From the human T2T-CHM13v2.0 reference genome, Homo sapiens, in NCBI RefSeq assembly GCF_009914755.1, contig NC_060942.1: a stretch of DNA of 64,000 nt; one strand, 5' to 3'. A model generated the notes under the pieces. It saw nothing but the letters and a program-made list of their open reading frames with translations, had not been told where the DNA came from and did not search any database. Position 1 is the first letter of the stretch, and each line of letters opens with the position of its first letter. Made by a program: the position numbers and the translations under genes. Positions 41,682-55,620 of the stretch are shown here, one piece after another.

Positions 41682-42225
41682 TGGATTAGTCAGGGTTATC
41701 TAGAGGGACAGGACTAATAGGACAGTTGTATATATTAAAGGGAGTTTCTTAAGGAGTATTGGCTCACACAAGCCCAAGGTGAAGTCCCACAAGAGGCCAT
41801 CGGCAAGCTGAGTAGCAAGAAAGGCATTTCGAGTTCCAAAACCTCAAAAGTAGAGAAGCTGACAGTGCAGCCTTCAGTCTGTGGCTGAAGACTCAAGAGC
41901 CTCTGGCAAACCACTGGTCCAAGAGTTTAAAAGTTGAAGAAGTTGGAGTTCAATGTTTGAGGGCAGGAAGGATCCAGCACAGCAGAAAGATGAGGTTCAG
42001 AACACTTAATCGGTCGAATTCTTCCACTTTCTTCTGCCTGCTTTTATTCTAGTCACACTGGCAGCTGATCAGATTGTGTCCACTCAGGTTGAGGGTGGGT
42101 CTGCCTCTCCTAGTCCACTGACTCTAATGTTAATCTCCTTTGGCAACACCCTCACAGACACACCCAGGAACAATACTTTGCATCCTTCAATCCAATCAAG
42201 TTGACACTCAATATTAACCATTACA
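41682..42225 (-). mobile_element. MLT2A/B (ERVL) solo LTR
   Basis: ttagtcagggttatctagagggacaggactaatagga...aagttgacactcaatattaaccattaca. Confidence 0.9.
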
Positions 42226-42322
42226 TTCAGTAACACACTTTGAAAAACTACCCACATATTAGTGACAATTACCACCCTCTACCTAAAGCTAAAGCTCTTT
42301 AAGATGAGAGGATAACAGATAC

Positions 42323-42395
42323 TGGCTGCATGATGCACTAGTCCCTGCAAGGTATCCAGATGATCACTTGCAGGGACTAGGGCATTGATGAGCCA
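42323..42395. repeat. Hairpin with 14-bp perfect stem and imperfect extension
   Basis: ctagtccctgcaag (42338-42351) and cttgcagggactag (42367-42380). Confidence 0.9.
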
Positions 42396-42465
42396 CCGGG
42401 GAGGAAGAAATCTGATACATTTTAATTATTTATCTGGAGTAGAAATTATAATCTACTATAACACC

Positions 42466-42990
42466 TGTTGTCGGAGGAATACTGCTGCCAGTCCCCCAAA
42501 GATGACTAAGTCTTAATCCCCAAAATCTAGGAGTACATTACATTACATTGCAAGGGGAAATTGAAGTTTTATGTGCATTTAATGTTGTTAATCAGCTGAA
42601 CTCAGCATAGAGAGATTATTCAGGATTATCCAGGTGTGACCAATGTAATCACAGAGGCCTTTAAAGAGAGAGAGGCAGAAGAGAACAGGGAAAGATGTGA
42701 CTACGGAAGGAAGGATAGAAATATGCTGTGTTGTTGGCACTGAAGATAGGGGGCAGGTAGGGAAAAAAGCAAGGCATGCAGGGCAGCCAGGAGGAGCTGG
42801 GTAAAGAGCAAGGAAACATTCTCTTCTAGAGCCTCTAGCAAGGAACTCAGGCTGGCTGGTACCTTGATGTTAGTCCAGTGAGACCTGGGTCAAAACTCTG
42901 ACCTCCAGAACTGTATAACATTAAATATGCATTGTTATAAGTCATTATGTTCCTTGTCATTTGTTATGACAGCAGTAGAAAACTAATAAA
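42466..42990 (+). mobile_element. MaLR LTR (MLT1D-like)
   Basis: ccccaaagatg...gagattattcaggattatccaggtgtgaccaatgtaatcacag...cagcagtagaaaactaata. Confidence 0.8.
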
Positions 42991-43510
42991 ACATCCAAGC
43001 ACAACTTTTTTTCTGCATTCAGGAAACAAAGAAACATATTTAAGAGAACAGAAAAGTAGAATTCTCTTAAAGGCATTTTTAAATGAGAGATTTACAAATG
43101 TTATTTTTCTAATCTTGTTTGCATATGTGTAACTTATTTTTCCGAGTGAAAACACAAAGACGCTTACCTTAATTACAAACAGTAATCAGAGTTGATTTGT
43201 CTTATCCCTTCAGAAGAAAGCCTCTTATATGAAGAATTGGTCTCATACAGATTTTTGTTTCCTGGCAAAAATTCACTGAATTAAAAATAAATTCATTCAG
43301 TGTTAATCACATCTATTTCTTGACTTCTATTTAATTGACTCTGGTACCAATGTCCATAATAATTAGCAAGGAAAGAAGCTACGATTCTTCGATAACCTGT
43401 TCTGCTCATCCAGCTAGTAAATGGATGACTTGATAGTAAAACTTTTGTCTTTCTGATGCCAGAAATTTGGTCCTCTCCACTCTATCATTACTTTTTTTTT
43501 CCTCCTCAGT

Positions 43511-43511
<1 letters not shown>

Positions 43512-43556
<45 letters not shown>
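43512..43556. repeat. (AC)22 microsatellite
   Basis: Perfect dinucleotide run. Confidence 0.95.
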
Positions 43557-43557
<1 letters not shown>

Positions 43558-45344
43558 TAATATTGCTCTCCTAGGCCTACCCAGGTTCTGAAAAATTGTC
43601 AGTATGGTCTAGAATAGCATGTCTTGCTCCTTATTTTGAAAGTAGAAAAATCTCAATTTTCCTACCCCAAATGATATTCAATATGACCTTCTGTGGCAAC
43701 AGGTTCATTCTTTCTCTGCTTTTTCTGTACTCTATTCAAAAAATCAGAAGGATCTGGGTATGCTCTGTACTGATATTTCCCCCCGCCAGGTGGCTGTTTC
43801 ACCTGCCGAAAACAGTACTTTAATTATCAGTAGAGATGACTATTCTGGCTAGCCTGGAGATTTTTTCTGCTTAAAATGTTGTGTATTTATGAAAAGGGCT
43901 TTCATTTCATATTACTGTATTTAAATCTGCCTCTGAGAGTGGGGACCCTAATGAATAAGGTCTGTACTAAATGTATTTAATTATTACAGAGTTTCCAGTC
44001 TCTGTTCCCTACACCTGGATCAACATGCCTATCACAGGGAGGCACATTTTCAGGAGGTCAGTTCTCCCTACTCTGCTTAGAGTGAGTTTAGCTCATTCAG
44101 AACTGAAGTTAGAGGTGTTTTATGCAAACGTGACCCATAATCCTTAGCTTACATAAATTAGGGTATTTCTATTTATCTCAAGGGGTGTTATCAACATTAA
44201 AAAAGTAATTTTCAAAAGCTTTTTTCAAAGTTAGCATGAGCCTCATAACAGGACTTCCCCATAAGCAGATTTAAATCTACTGGGAGGCCTCAAATGCCTC
44301 CAGTGTGCCCGACACTTTCTGGGAAGTGCAATTAGTCCATTCTGCTGACTCTGAGCTTTGCTCCTATACTAATCTTTTCTCTGGAATGAATGACCTTGTA
44401 CCACCTCTGCTTCATACTCATCCTCCAGGACTTGGGCTAAGTACTTCCTCCTCTTCTATGAGACCATTCACTACAACAAAGTAATAATTGCCCTTTGCTA
44501 CTCTCACTCACAGATTTTCTTTCTGTAAGATTTTCACATTGTGCTTCTTATTGTAATTATTTATGTTGGCTATTATATTCCTATTAGATTGTTAGATCTG
44601 CAGACTCAATTACTATGCTGTGCTCATGTTTGCATATCTTCACAGCATTGATCACAGGCTGGCTATCAGAATTGAACCAAACTACCAAAGAAAGAGGTGA
44701 GAGAGGGGGAAAAATAATTGTGCCAGAATCTGGAAATATTTTTTGTGTAACCTCTAAGACTTCCTAGCTATGGGCCCTTTAAACAAATCAATGCAGCTAA
44801 GAAAGAAAAAGTTATAGACTTGGAGATTATGACATATAATTTTTAAATTATAGAGTGCCCAACCCCTCAACTCTTCACCTCTAATGCTTTAGCTAATTCT
44901 ATCTCATCTCCTTCAATCTGGCTTTAAAGCCTGCTGTGATAAACTCTAGGTAATCAAAGCTTGAGAATATGAAATTTGATTTTCAAAGGAAATATTGTAA
45001 ACTAGATAGTTATTGTAAAGTTGAGTTACAAAAATAAACACTGGTTATTAATTAAAAATTATCATTTATTTCTACTTCTACATATACAAACAGTTGTTTA
45101 CAAAGGGAATATTTAAAATCTGTAATATACACTTTTATCATCTCTGAGATTAGAAGACCATGTTTTGAGAATGGAAACTAATGTGTTTGACTAAAATGAT
45201 AGTGAAAAAACACTATTAACAACAAATGCACATCTATTTTCCATTAGGAGAACTCACTTAATTACTCTAAAGTAAGTCTCCTGCTGGGCAGTGACAGCAT
45301 TGCCCAAATTTTTGGCAATGACATAAGATAAAACCACTTAGAAG

Positions 45345-48300
45345 AAGTGAAAATAGATTCTGGAAAGATGGCAAGGGCATAGATTTTGTCTCTCCCTCAA
45401 TTTCCTCATTTTTAAAAAAAAATGCCCCCTAAGGCAAAACCATCACTTAAATAAAGTATCCCATGAACCCAAAAATATGATTAGATTTAAGACTTATTAC
45501 TGAATGCTCCACATTGCATGGGATCAGCATATGTGTAAGAGAAAACAGAAACAGAGGTAGACAACATGAGGTCTGATGGATCCAAAAACTAGTACTCATT
45601 CAAAAGGCCAGAAAGCGTCTTGGAGAATAGTAGCTGCAACTGAGGGGGATTTACACACTGCAATAGCCAGAGAGGGCAAGAAATCCTCAGAAGGAATGAA
45701 GATGGTGAAGTAGAAAGCTCCCTCAATGCTTCCGAAACTATTTAATTAAAGTCTTTTTCATAACAAAAGCCCACGCTGAGAATAAACTTTTGGAAAAAAA
45801 AAATTGAGAATAACAGGCTTAAGAGAGACAAAGGAAACATAATGTTTAGATAAAAGTAGGGGAAGAGAACGAAGAGAAAAGCTCCCCAAAATAAGCCTTG
45901 AACAGAAAATTGTGCTGTATAGTAGTACAATTTTTAAGAAACTATCTTAAATGGTGCCTCTGTCTAAAATATCAGGAAAATAAATTTTATATAAAAGTGT
46001 ATAAAAAGTTAAAGCCATCTTTTGTACAAATATAAGTAAGTAGAAGAAGAAAGAAGGAAGAAGAAGAAAAAGAAGAAAGAGGAGGAAGAAGAGGAAGAGG
46101 GGAAAGCAGCAGTAGCAAAATGTCCCTGTAGACAAGAAAATCATACAGGACAGTTCACCAAACATTTGAGAATGTTACCCAGTGTTTTTTAAATGAGTTA
46201 AAATGCATTAAGAGCATAATGCAAGATATTAAATAACATAAATCAGAATTAGGAGAATTAGGAAGTAAGGTTATAAAAACTTAGGAAAGAATGAATCATG
46301 TCAGAAATAAAGGCTTAAGTAGAAAGAGCTCAAGAGTGAATAAATACAATTGGTGATGCCTTAAGAGTTGTGAAAGATAATACTTCAAAAATGTTTAAAA
46401 AGGAAAATAAACTAAAAAAATAAAAAACATTAAAAAGAATTACAAATACATGACATGCAAAGAAGTTCCAAAATATTAATAATAGTAACCTCCAAAGAAG
46501 GAGAGCAAAGCTAGAGAAGACAGCAAATATTAAAAACTATAATTCAAGATGATTTTCTGGAATTAAAAAGAGAAGAATTTAAAATTACATTTAAAAAAGT
46601 TACATTGTATACTTGAGAAAATCAGCCCAGAACCACCATTATTAAGAGAATGCTTTATACAATTATTGGACTTGATAGAAAAACCAAAAAGAAGAAATAA
46701 TAAATAATAGGAAAAAAAGGTAGATTGTCATCATACTCTTTATTAGAGAAAAACAGAATAATATATTTAAGGTGCTCAAGGAAAGAAAATATAAGCCAAA
46801 GATTTTATATCATGCAAACTAACTTTCAAGTATAAAGATAATAAACAATTATCAACATGCAAAAACTTAGTAATGTTTCTATAAGCCCCTTCTTGATAAA
46901 ATGATATAGAAGGAACTTCAGATGACTCACATAACTGATAAGATGTTGGCTTAAGTAGGGATAAGCATTAAATCTATATTTATATGTAGAATTAAGACTA
47001 TATGAGGGAGAGGATGTCATGGCTATATGCTCTGACAAGATACACTACAACTATTTTTAAAATGTGAAAAGAATGGGGCCAGCATATGCAAAATTTCATT
47101 TTTTAACTTTCAGCCATCACATTTTCCAGCTCTGTTCACTGAAAAACTTGAGAAGTAATGAGCACCGAGTAGCAATGACTATGCCTAGCACACAGGTTGT
47201 GGTGTTAAATCACCATTTTGTGCTGAGACAAACCAGAGGTTTTTGAGAAATGGCTGAGTACAGTTCTGAGGTGGGAAATGAGCAAGAAGAGCCAAGAACA
47301 TATTTTCATATCAGATAAGAAGAAAGCTATCAAAGTCTACTAGAGTTGTGTTCATAAGACTCAGGAGTCAACTTGAAAAATTGCTACTGGCAAAAGATAA
47401 GGCAATTGGAACATCATTAAGGACAATGACTTCATTGAAATAATACCCACCAGGTATGTTTGTCTACAAATTCACAATAACATATGGTTACTTTCGGAAA
47501 ATACTAGAGAATCATCTCATTATTTTGAAAACTGGTAAATAATGGAAAGACTCAAGCAATTAATTATCTTGCCATTTTTGTACAAACTAAAACAAGGAGT
47601 GATCAAATAGCATTGGTCATTTCATTTTATAAAAACATTCCAAAAACTAAGAAAAGTAGAAAAGATAGAGTTGGGATATCACCATTTTGCAATTCTTTAT
47701 GAATTAAGAAACTAAGCATTGATTATCAATGGCTGTTAACAACACAAAAAGCAGGCAACCAGATATTGTGTGTCCTTGGATCAAGGACATAACACCACAT
47801 ATGAATTTGTCTTTCCACAAAATACCAAATCTGAATGTGGCTAAATCTTTAGCTCCAACTAGAAATTTGTAGGAATTTCTGAAGGCAGATTAATGCATTA
47901 AACTACACAATGGATAACAGTAGAGAGCAATTAATATTAATATTTTTAAAATAAATTGCTCAAAAACAATACATGTAATTTTACACATATGCATAGATAT
48001 GTAAATATACTCATATAGGTATACATACAATGTACATATATATAAGATTATATGTACACATATACATATATTAAGAGAGTGGGGAAAATAATGGTAAACT
48101 ATAGTTCTACTTTTATCAATGGAGTTATAAAATTATAAAGAAAAATTTTAAAGTGATTTCATAAGAGCTATAATAAGGGTTACTTGTAGTGGAGAGAGCA
48201 CAAAGAGAGCTTTGGGGTAACTGGCAAAGTTCTACCTTATTTCATAAATGGCAGTTATAAGGATACTTTTTCTTATACTAACTCATTAAGCTGTACATTA

Positions 48301-48350
48301 CTTTATGTTATCTTCAATAAACAGCAATAAAAAGTAAAAAAAAAATAAAA
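45345..48350 (+). mobile_element. Old L1MC/ME-type element (5' region, ORF1 remnant, 3' UTR)
   Basis: ttctggaaagatggc 5' motif; A-rich ORF1-like region (aaggtgctcaaggaaagaaaatataagccaaagattttatatc); L1MC-like 3' UTR. Confidence 0.6.
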
Positions 48351-50659
48351 GAGCTAAAGTAGAATATTTCATTTATTCAGACCATTTATTTCATTATGAA
48401 ATAAACCTTACACTATTCAATACTAAATCTCTGGGCACATTTTATATTATCATGAGCTGTGAGAAACATACTTGGGATAGCTTAGTATAAATCTTTCTGT
48501 CTTGGAAAAAAAATGTTTTTAAAAAGGTTGTAATAGCACCTTGATAAACAAGATAATTTATTTAAAGAAGTAGTATCAATGTAATGTTTATTACAATAAA
48601 TACACAAAAGATTCAGAAATTTTTATTTTCTAGCTATAGCCTCTGTGGAGCTCAGTTTCCTAATTGGTTAAAAATACAGGAGTTCATGTTTGTCTTGTTA
48701 AAGTTATGCTGAGGATCAAGTGAGATATTCAATTGAAAACATAAAAAAGCAACACAAAGAACTATATCCTTATTTGGAAATGTGGCAAACTACCACCACT
48801 CTAAATGATCTTCAAGTAGTAAACACCTTAAATATTTGGTATTTATTAAAAATAATTAATTAGAAACCAACCCATCGCAATGTCAGTAAAGAATCTAAAA
48901 CTTATCTAAAAAAACCGAAGACATCCTAATTCCCCATGTCTACACTAGAAAAAAAATTAGTTAAATATACACGTCAGTCACAAACTTTTTTTTAAAATTT
49001 AAATGTAATGTTGTTGTTTGTAAATAAAGAAAATAATACAAGAAATGTGACAGCAACATTTTTCAACAAGTGGAGCTCAGAAGGGATGGATCATTTAAAA
49101 TAAAATGACCTGAATGTAATTTGCATGTGGACAAAAGATTTTCTTCTGCACTCTCAGGTCCTATTTGCAGGGATAGGAAAAAAACAGACTTATTTAAAGA
49201 GTTAAAAGGCTTCCTCTTTCAATACAAATGGAGAAGAAAAAGAGAAGTGTCAGGCAACAGAAAGTTGGTCATTGGTGAAGTTCAGAGAAATTAGGCAGCT
49301 GGAATATTTTCACAACCCGTCCCCTCTTCTTCTTGGAACAGCCTGAATATTTTCATGGTCTTATTAAAGACAATTTCAGAAATGCTTTTCTGCATCATTG
49401 GATGCCATTTTTAACCAGACTAAATCTTATGAAAATTTATGTTTAATTCTAAAACATGTTCCACCCACCACCATATTCCAATTAAAGCGTGACATTGACA
49501 CATCCCATGTCCCCGTCTGATGCAGCGTTGAGAATGCACATAATCTCACATGCTGGTATCTCTCCAAACCAGGAAGCTTCTTTCACCTCTAATTTGCATG
49601 ATGCATTCATTTTCAAATTAGTCACGTGATTAATGAGCATCTTGGAGAGTGTCCAGTTTTATCCACTCTGTCATGTTCCCCTTATTCCCACCACTAGACT
49701 CAATTAACTCTCCCAGCTAGTGCCAAATGATTGCACACAATATAAATCATGTTTGTTCATTTGTTCCAGAAAAGAATCACATCCACTGCAATTTAGAAAT
49801 TGTTTTCCATTGGCGAGGATAATTAATTGTTAAAATGTGTATCAGCAAGCATTTTCCTTTACTACATAGACTAAACCTTCAACTATTCAATATTTATCAA
49901 ACTCCAAACTTGTACTCCACAGTCTTCATCCTCAGCCTCTGAAGAAAACACTGCAGGTTTGTAGAGAAATTCTTATAATGAGCCGTTTTTGTCAAACTTG
50001 AATTAGGCTGCAGTCCTCTAATAGAAAGGAATTAATGTAAAAATGGCTTCATAATGAAGAAACTGAAGACTTAGGTTATTGTTTTCTCACCATCTTATAT
50101 TATTTGTTTCTCCATCTCACAGCTCAGCTGAACTTTGCAAATTTTTATTATTTGAATATCCAGGCATAATATGAAAATTAAGCTCTGTTCTTCACACCAT
50201 CTCAATTTAATTGACATTGTTTTCAATTCATGCATAATCTAGAAAGAAAATGATTGTATTTCTTCTGCAACAATTTTGTTCAGGTTTGAGTCATTAATAA
50301 TAATTACAAATTCTTGAAAATAAAATATAATAGTTGCTTTTTAAAACAGTTGCATTTTCACTGGAAGTTCCAGACAGCATTTCTTTTTCACAAAGAAAGA
50401 ATAGTCATCAGGCATCTTGGTTAAAATTATTTATTTAATTGAAAAACTTTAGAACTTTTATTTGAAAATGCACCCACACGCACACATACCAGAGCTCTAG
50501 GTCATGACTAATTTTTACAGGAATAAAAGAAAAAAGTTGTAAACACGTAACTGTGCTGTGGTTGTAATATTTGTACGTGTTCAACATTACATAATTTATT
50601 GAGAAACATGGGATAACAATTATTCTGTTGCCAAGATATATGGGAGAACAATAGCTGTT

Positions 50660-51225
50660 CCCAAGGTATATTTCTGGGTGCTAAAGACATGGGACCTAAA
50701 TAGGTAGAAAGAGTCCTGGTTCCTGTGAAAGACAATGGAAAAAGAAATACATGTGCAAGAAAAGATAACGGTTAATGATAAATGTTATACAGAAAATTTT
50801 ATAAAGGTAATATAATAGAGTGTCTCCAAAGAGAAAACATTTCAGAGGATATCCAAATGACAAAGAGGAGTCAGCCACAAGTTATGAAAGTCTTCTGGGC
50901 AGATAAAGCAACTAGTGGACAAAAGCACGAGAATCCAGATCCAGCGTGGTGGTGTGATCAAGGAGGAGCAGGAAGGTGATACTGGCTAAGGAATAATGTG
51001 CAATCAGGAGAGTGGAACAGAATACAGAAAGAGATCAGAGGAGCAGGCAGGAGCTGCATCACGCAACCAAAGGGGCCAGCTGTGTTACTCTAAGTGCAAT
51101 AGGAAGCAAAGGAGAGAGATGTCCTCTGGCAGCTATATGGAAGACAGATCAGAGTGAGACAAGACAAAGAAGTGGAGGGGAAGCTGTGCGATTTTGGGCA
51201 TGGATTGCACAGTCTAGCTCCACCT
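50660..51225. mobile_element. L2 fragment
   Basis: ttactctaagtgcaataggaagc; ctctggcagctatatggaag. Confidence 0.6.
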
Positions 51226-53699
51226 TTTATTTTATTTTATTTCATTTATAGATTAAAGAAAAGTTTGGTACAGAAGAATAACAGAAATTAAAATTATTAA
51301 ATTCTTAAAATTATTAAAAGAGTAAGAGAAAATCAACCAAATAGAAGTTTTTATCCTGAAAATAAAATATTCCTAGGCCTAATTGAAGAACTCTATATTA
51401 AACTTCACTGATAGGAATTTGAAACTTTGTCTCTGTTCACTTCCCTCTGTCATAAACATCCCTCTACAGTTATTTCAGGGTCAGTTTCAGTTTGATGTGT
51501 TCCTAGTGCTTTTTCAGACATCTTAAACTGAAGGGCTCATTTTTTGCTTTCTGAAATTCCAGAGCAATTATTGTAAATGCCATTTCCTTGGAATATTCAA
51601 TAAAGTAGTAATAATTTCATATTCCTCTTAAACATATTTTTGTATTTTAATCAGGAACATCAATATTTGAGTATCAAATTAAAAGATTGCATAAATTGAA
51701 TATGGTAAGATATTTAAGGTCGGGAGAGCTTTTTCGTGTTCCTGAAATTATTCCATTGGGAAACTGTCTATTTTTCCCATGTTCATGTCCAACGAATTCT
51801 GTAACCCTAGGACAGCATTAAGAAGAGTTCAGCTAAGAGCAACATAATTGTGAAAGGGGTTAATAATACAATTCAAGTTTCTTTAGTGATCATCTCATTT
51901 CTCTTTTTCAGATGGTGTGACCTAGGAGTATAAATTACTGCAGACTGAGCATTACTATGCAAAGGTCAAGACTATTTGTTTTAAGTTTACTGGATTGCAA
52001 AGCACTAGAAAAATACCTTATTGCCTTCAGATACTGTTTTTCTTTTTTTCTTTACCTCTATAAATCAAAACCACAGTATTTTTTAAGTGGGAAAAGTAAT
52101 TTGTATATATGAACTTTTCAGCACTGCATTCTAAACTTGAATTGATATACAACAGAGCTGTCTTGTTTAAAACATAGTAGAGATCATTTATTCTGCGGGA
52201 TTTGTATATTATACTTCTGAGGATCTAAGAGAAAATAACGAATTTTCACATTTCAGTTAAGTTTATGGAAATAGAAAGGGTAGTATCTGTATTTCTACCT
52301 TTTCTGATTTTTAAGTGTTCTCTATACTCATTTTATTGGTTTTTCTTTTCATACTCTATGCTCAAAAAATAATGTATCTAAATATATGTATTATATGTTA
52401 TTTTATTTATAAATAAGGGCTATAATATAGTTCCATAGTATGATTATAGAGAGTAATTTTTATTCAGCATTTATCTAAAGTTTATAAAGTCTGCACATAT
52501 ATTATCTAAATCAGTTCTTATAACTCCACATTTTATGGCAGATATTAGCCACATTTTGTAATTGAAGACATTCTGATCCCAAAAAGTTAAGTGGCCTGCT
52601 AAAAACAGAAAATTTGGGGGAAAAATCCATCACATGCAAAGGTCACACATTTATTACAATATTATTGATTTTATAATCATTTGAGAAATTCTTCTGTCCA
52701 AAAATTCCAATGTCCGTTGATAGTAAGCCATATAAAAGGGAACAAAAGCACTAGCCCATATTATTTTGTGTCTCAGATGCTCTTCTCCAAACCAGTAACC
52801 TGATTCACCTTTTTCAGAACAAATCCTCTCCCTAAAATTAAACATTTCGTGTGTACATACATGTGTCTGTACAAGGCACAGTTGAGTCATATTTTGAAAG
52901 GTTGCAACATCACTGAACTGATCAACATGATGACTTTGAAAAGATTCTTATTTGAACGCCAAATTCTGGCACTTTTGTTTAAAAATTGTTATAGTACTTT
53001 AAGATTAACCACAATGGTTTATTTTTTTTAAACAATGCAAACATGAACTATAGCTTGATAGCTAATAGTTTGCATGTAAGTAATGAATATAAATTTGTGT
53101 CAATAATTTTCACTTTCCTAGTGATATTACAATGTCCAGGAATCGTGACTGAGAATTACTGCTCCTGCAGTTTCTGATTCCCAGTGGGGAGAATGTTGAA
53201 CTTTCATTATATGCTGACAAAATATATTTATCCTAGTATTTATAGATGAGCTTAGGAAAGGAAAGTACAACTACAACAGAAAAACATGCCATCATTTGGG
53301 GCCGAGATTACAGGAGCATTTCTGTATACTGCCACATTTTTTAAACATTCCTGTATCATCTGCATTATACAGTGCTGAAGTATTAGGCTTATATGATTCA
53401 TGCTTTCCTTCTGAGAACATTGTTTTTGGCACTATCAGAGTAACTATCTGTATGATGCATTAACTCGCTGCAATTTTCGGTATCAAATGCTATGAACTTG
53501 AAAACTAGATAAATAAGCATCTTGATGTTGTGTGTAAAGACAAAAGGAAAACTGACTTCCACAAGGGCCCCGACATCCTCTCCTGGGCATACTTCTCACA
53601 AACTAGGTCCTTTTGCTTTCTTTATGGTTCCCCAGCTCTACGCTAGATACACTAAATGCTGCCATCGTTGAGTCATTAAGCTTCTCTTAAGGAATGAAA

Positions 53700-55620
53700 A
53701 TAGGGCATCCAAATTTATTCACTAAGTAAAATTGAGTTTCTTTAAGGCTCCGCTGCTGGGTAAGGCTCTGGAATTTCAAAATAAAAGATAATTATGAAAC
53801 CAATAATCACATTCATGAAGACATAGTCACTCACAATCCAGGGGAAGTAGAGTATCAGGGAACTTATCCTTGAAGAGGTAATCCTTGAGCTTATTTGTGA
53901 AGCAAAAATAGGCTTTAACTAAGCAAAGCACAGAGAATTGAGGCAGAAGTAGAGGTAGAACAAGGCATAAGAACATACTTCAGACACATAGATTCACTTT
54001 TTGAAGAAGAACTGTGGAAGGAGGAGAGGCATTGATATTAAGTACAAAAAGAAATATAGTATTGCTTAAGTGCAAAGAGAAAAAGAGAAGAGAATGGTGC
54101 TTAGAAGGCTTAAAAACTTGACAGGGCAGCCCAAGTACAGCATTGCAGGACATACTACCCTTTTTTTTCTCCTGTTAAGGAAAGTCATTGAAAAATGTTA
54201 AGCAGAAAGAAGGATATGTATTTGTGTTGTGTAAATGCATGTGAACATATGATCATATCTGAATTTTAAAAAGATCACTCTGGAGACTTTTTTTCTAAGA
54301 TGGAGGCCTTTACTCCTATCTCAGATATGTAGAAATAATTAAAAACAAACATTTTTAAAATATAATAAATAAATACATAAATTTTCTCCAGGAAAGAGAC
54401 TTTCAAAAGCAAAAAAGGAAGAAAACGTGGGAATAAAAACAAAGAGACAAACACTGTAAATAAAAAACACAAAATAAGAGTGCAGGAATGAGTCCAAATA
54501 TACCAGTAATTTTTAAAACCATGAATAAGTTAATCTATTGAAAAGAAAATTTAACTGATTAAATGGAAAAATTCTTATGTAAACTACATATATAGATAGC
54601 AATAAAATGTTTAATAATCTGTATAATATAGCCATGTACAATAACATGAATAAATTTCACAAACATAATATTGCATGTAGAATAGCCAGATGAAGAATAA
54701 CACAGAATGTATTTATAATTACACATATATATGTATTACAAAATGAGGCAAAAATGTTTAGGCATGCTTGTTTTGTATTAAAACTGTTAAGAAAAGCATG
54801 GAAAATGTAGGGTTATAAAGAACATGGTTGTGGGTAGATAGTATGAGAAGTACTTATGAAATGTTGACACAGCACACTGTTTTAGCTGTATAGTAGTTAT
54901 ATGAGTGGTTACTGTGTAATAAAATATTGAGCTATAGCAGTCATGAGAGTGAGAATATTTTTAGAAAATATTCTGGAGATAGAATCAATAGCTCAATGAT
55001 AGCATAGCTAAGAGAAGTGAGTAAAAAGAGTCAAGGATGACCTCCAGTTTCAGAGCTTGAACTACTAGATGGATAGCAATGTCATTCACTGACTCAGGGA
55101 ACACCACAAGAGGAACAATTTGGATAGGCATGAGATCATAAGTTTAATCTGAAGTGGTAAAATTTGAGATAAGTATAGAACATCCAACTAGAAATGTCAA
55201 GTAGGTAATTGGATGTTTAGTTTTAGAAGTAAAAAAGTGATCTAACTTAGTTATTTTCAGGTATATGAGATAGAAATTTTGGAGTCAGAGACATACATGT
55301 AGATAGCAAATAAAAACATGATAATTTTTGAGATTGTCTGGAGAAAGAACCTTCATGCTTACTTGACTGTGAGAAGGTGAGAGTCTAGGATTAATTAAGC
55401 CTTGAAAAATACCTAGATTTATTGATCAGATATCCCAGAATGAGTTTCCAAAAGCAGCAGAGCAGTGCCTGAAAATAAGTAATGAGCCATAAGCTGTGGG
55501 ATTATGTTGAAGAAGACAAAAGAAAAGAATGCTTCCCCCAAAAAGGGCATAATCACCAGTATTGGTTACCTCTTAGAAGTAGAGTAAAACATTGACTGGC
55601 TATCATGCACAAAATATGAC
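53700..55620. mobile_element. L2 interrupted by an L1ME-like piece (~54290-54935)
   Basis: gagtcaaggatgacctccagtttc...ggatagcaatgtcattcactgac L2 motifs; attttaaaaagatcactctgg. Confidence 0.6.
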
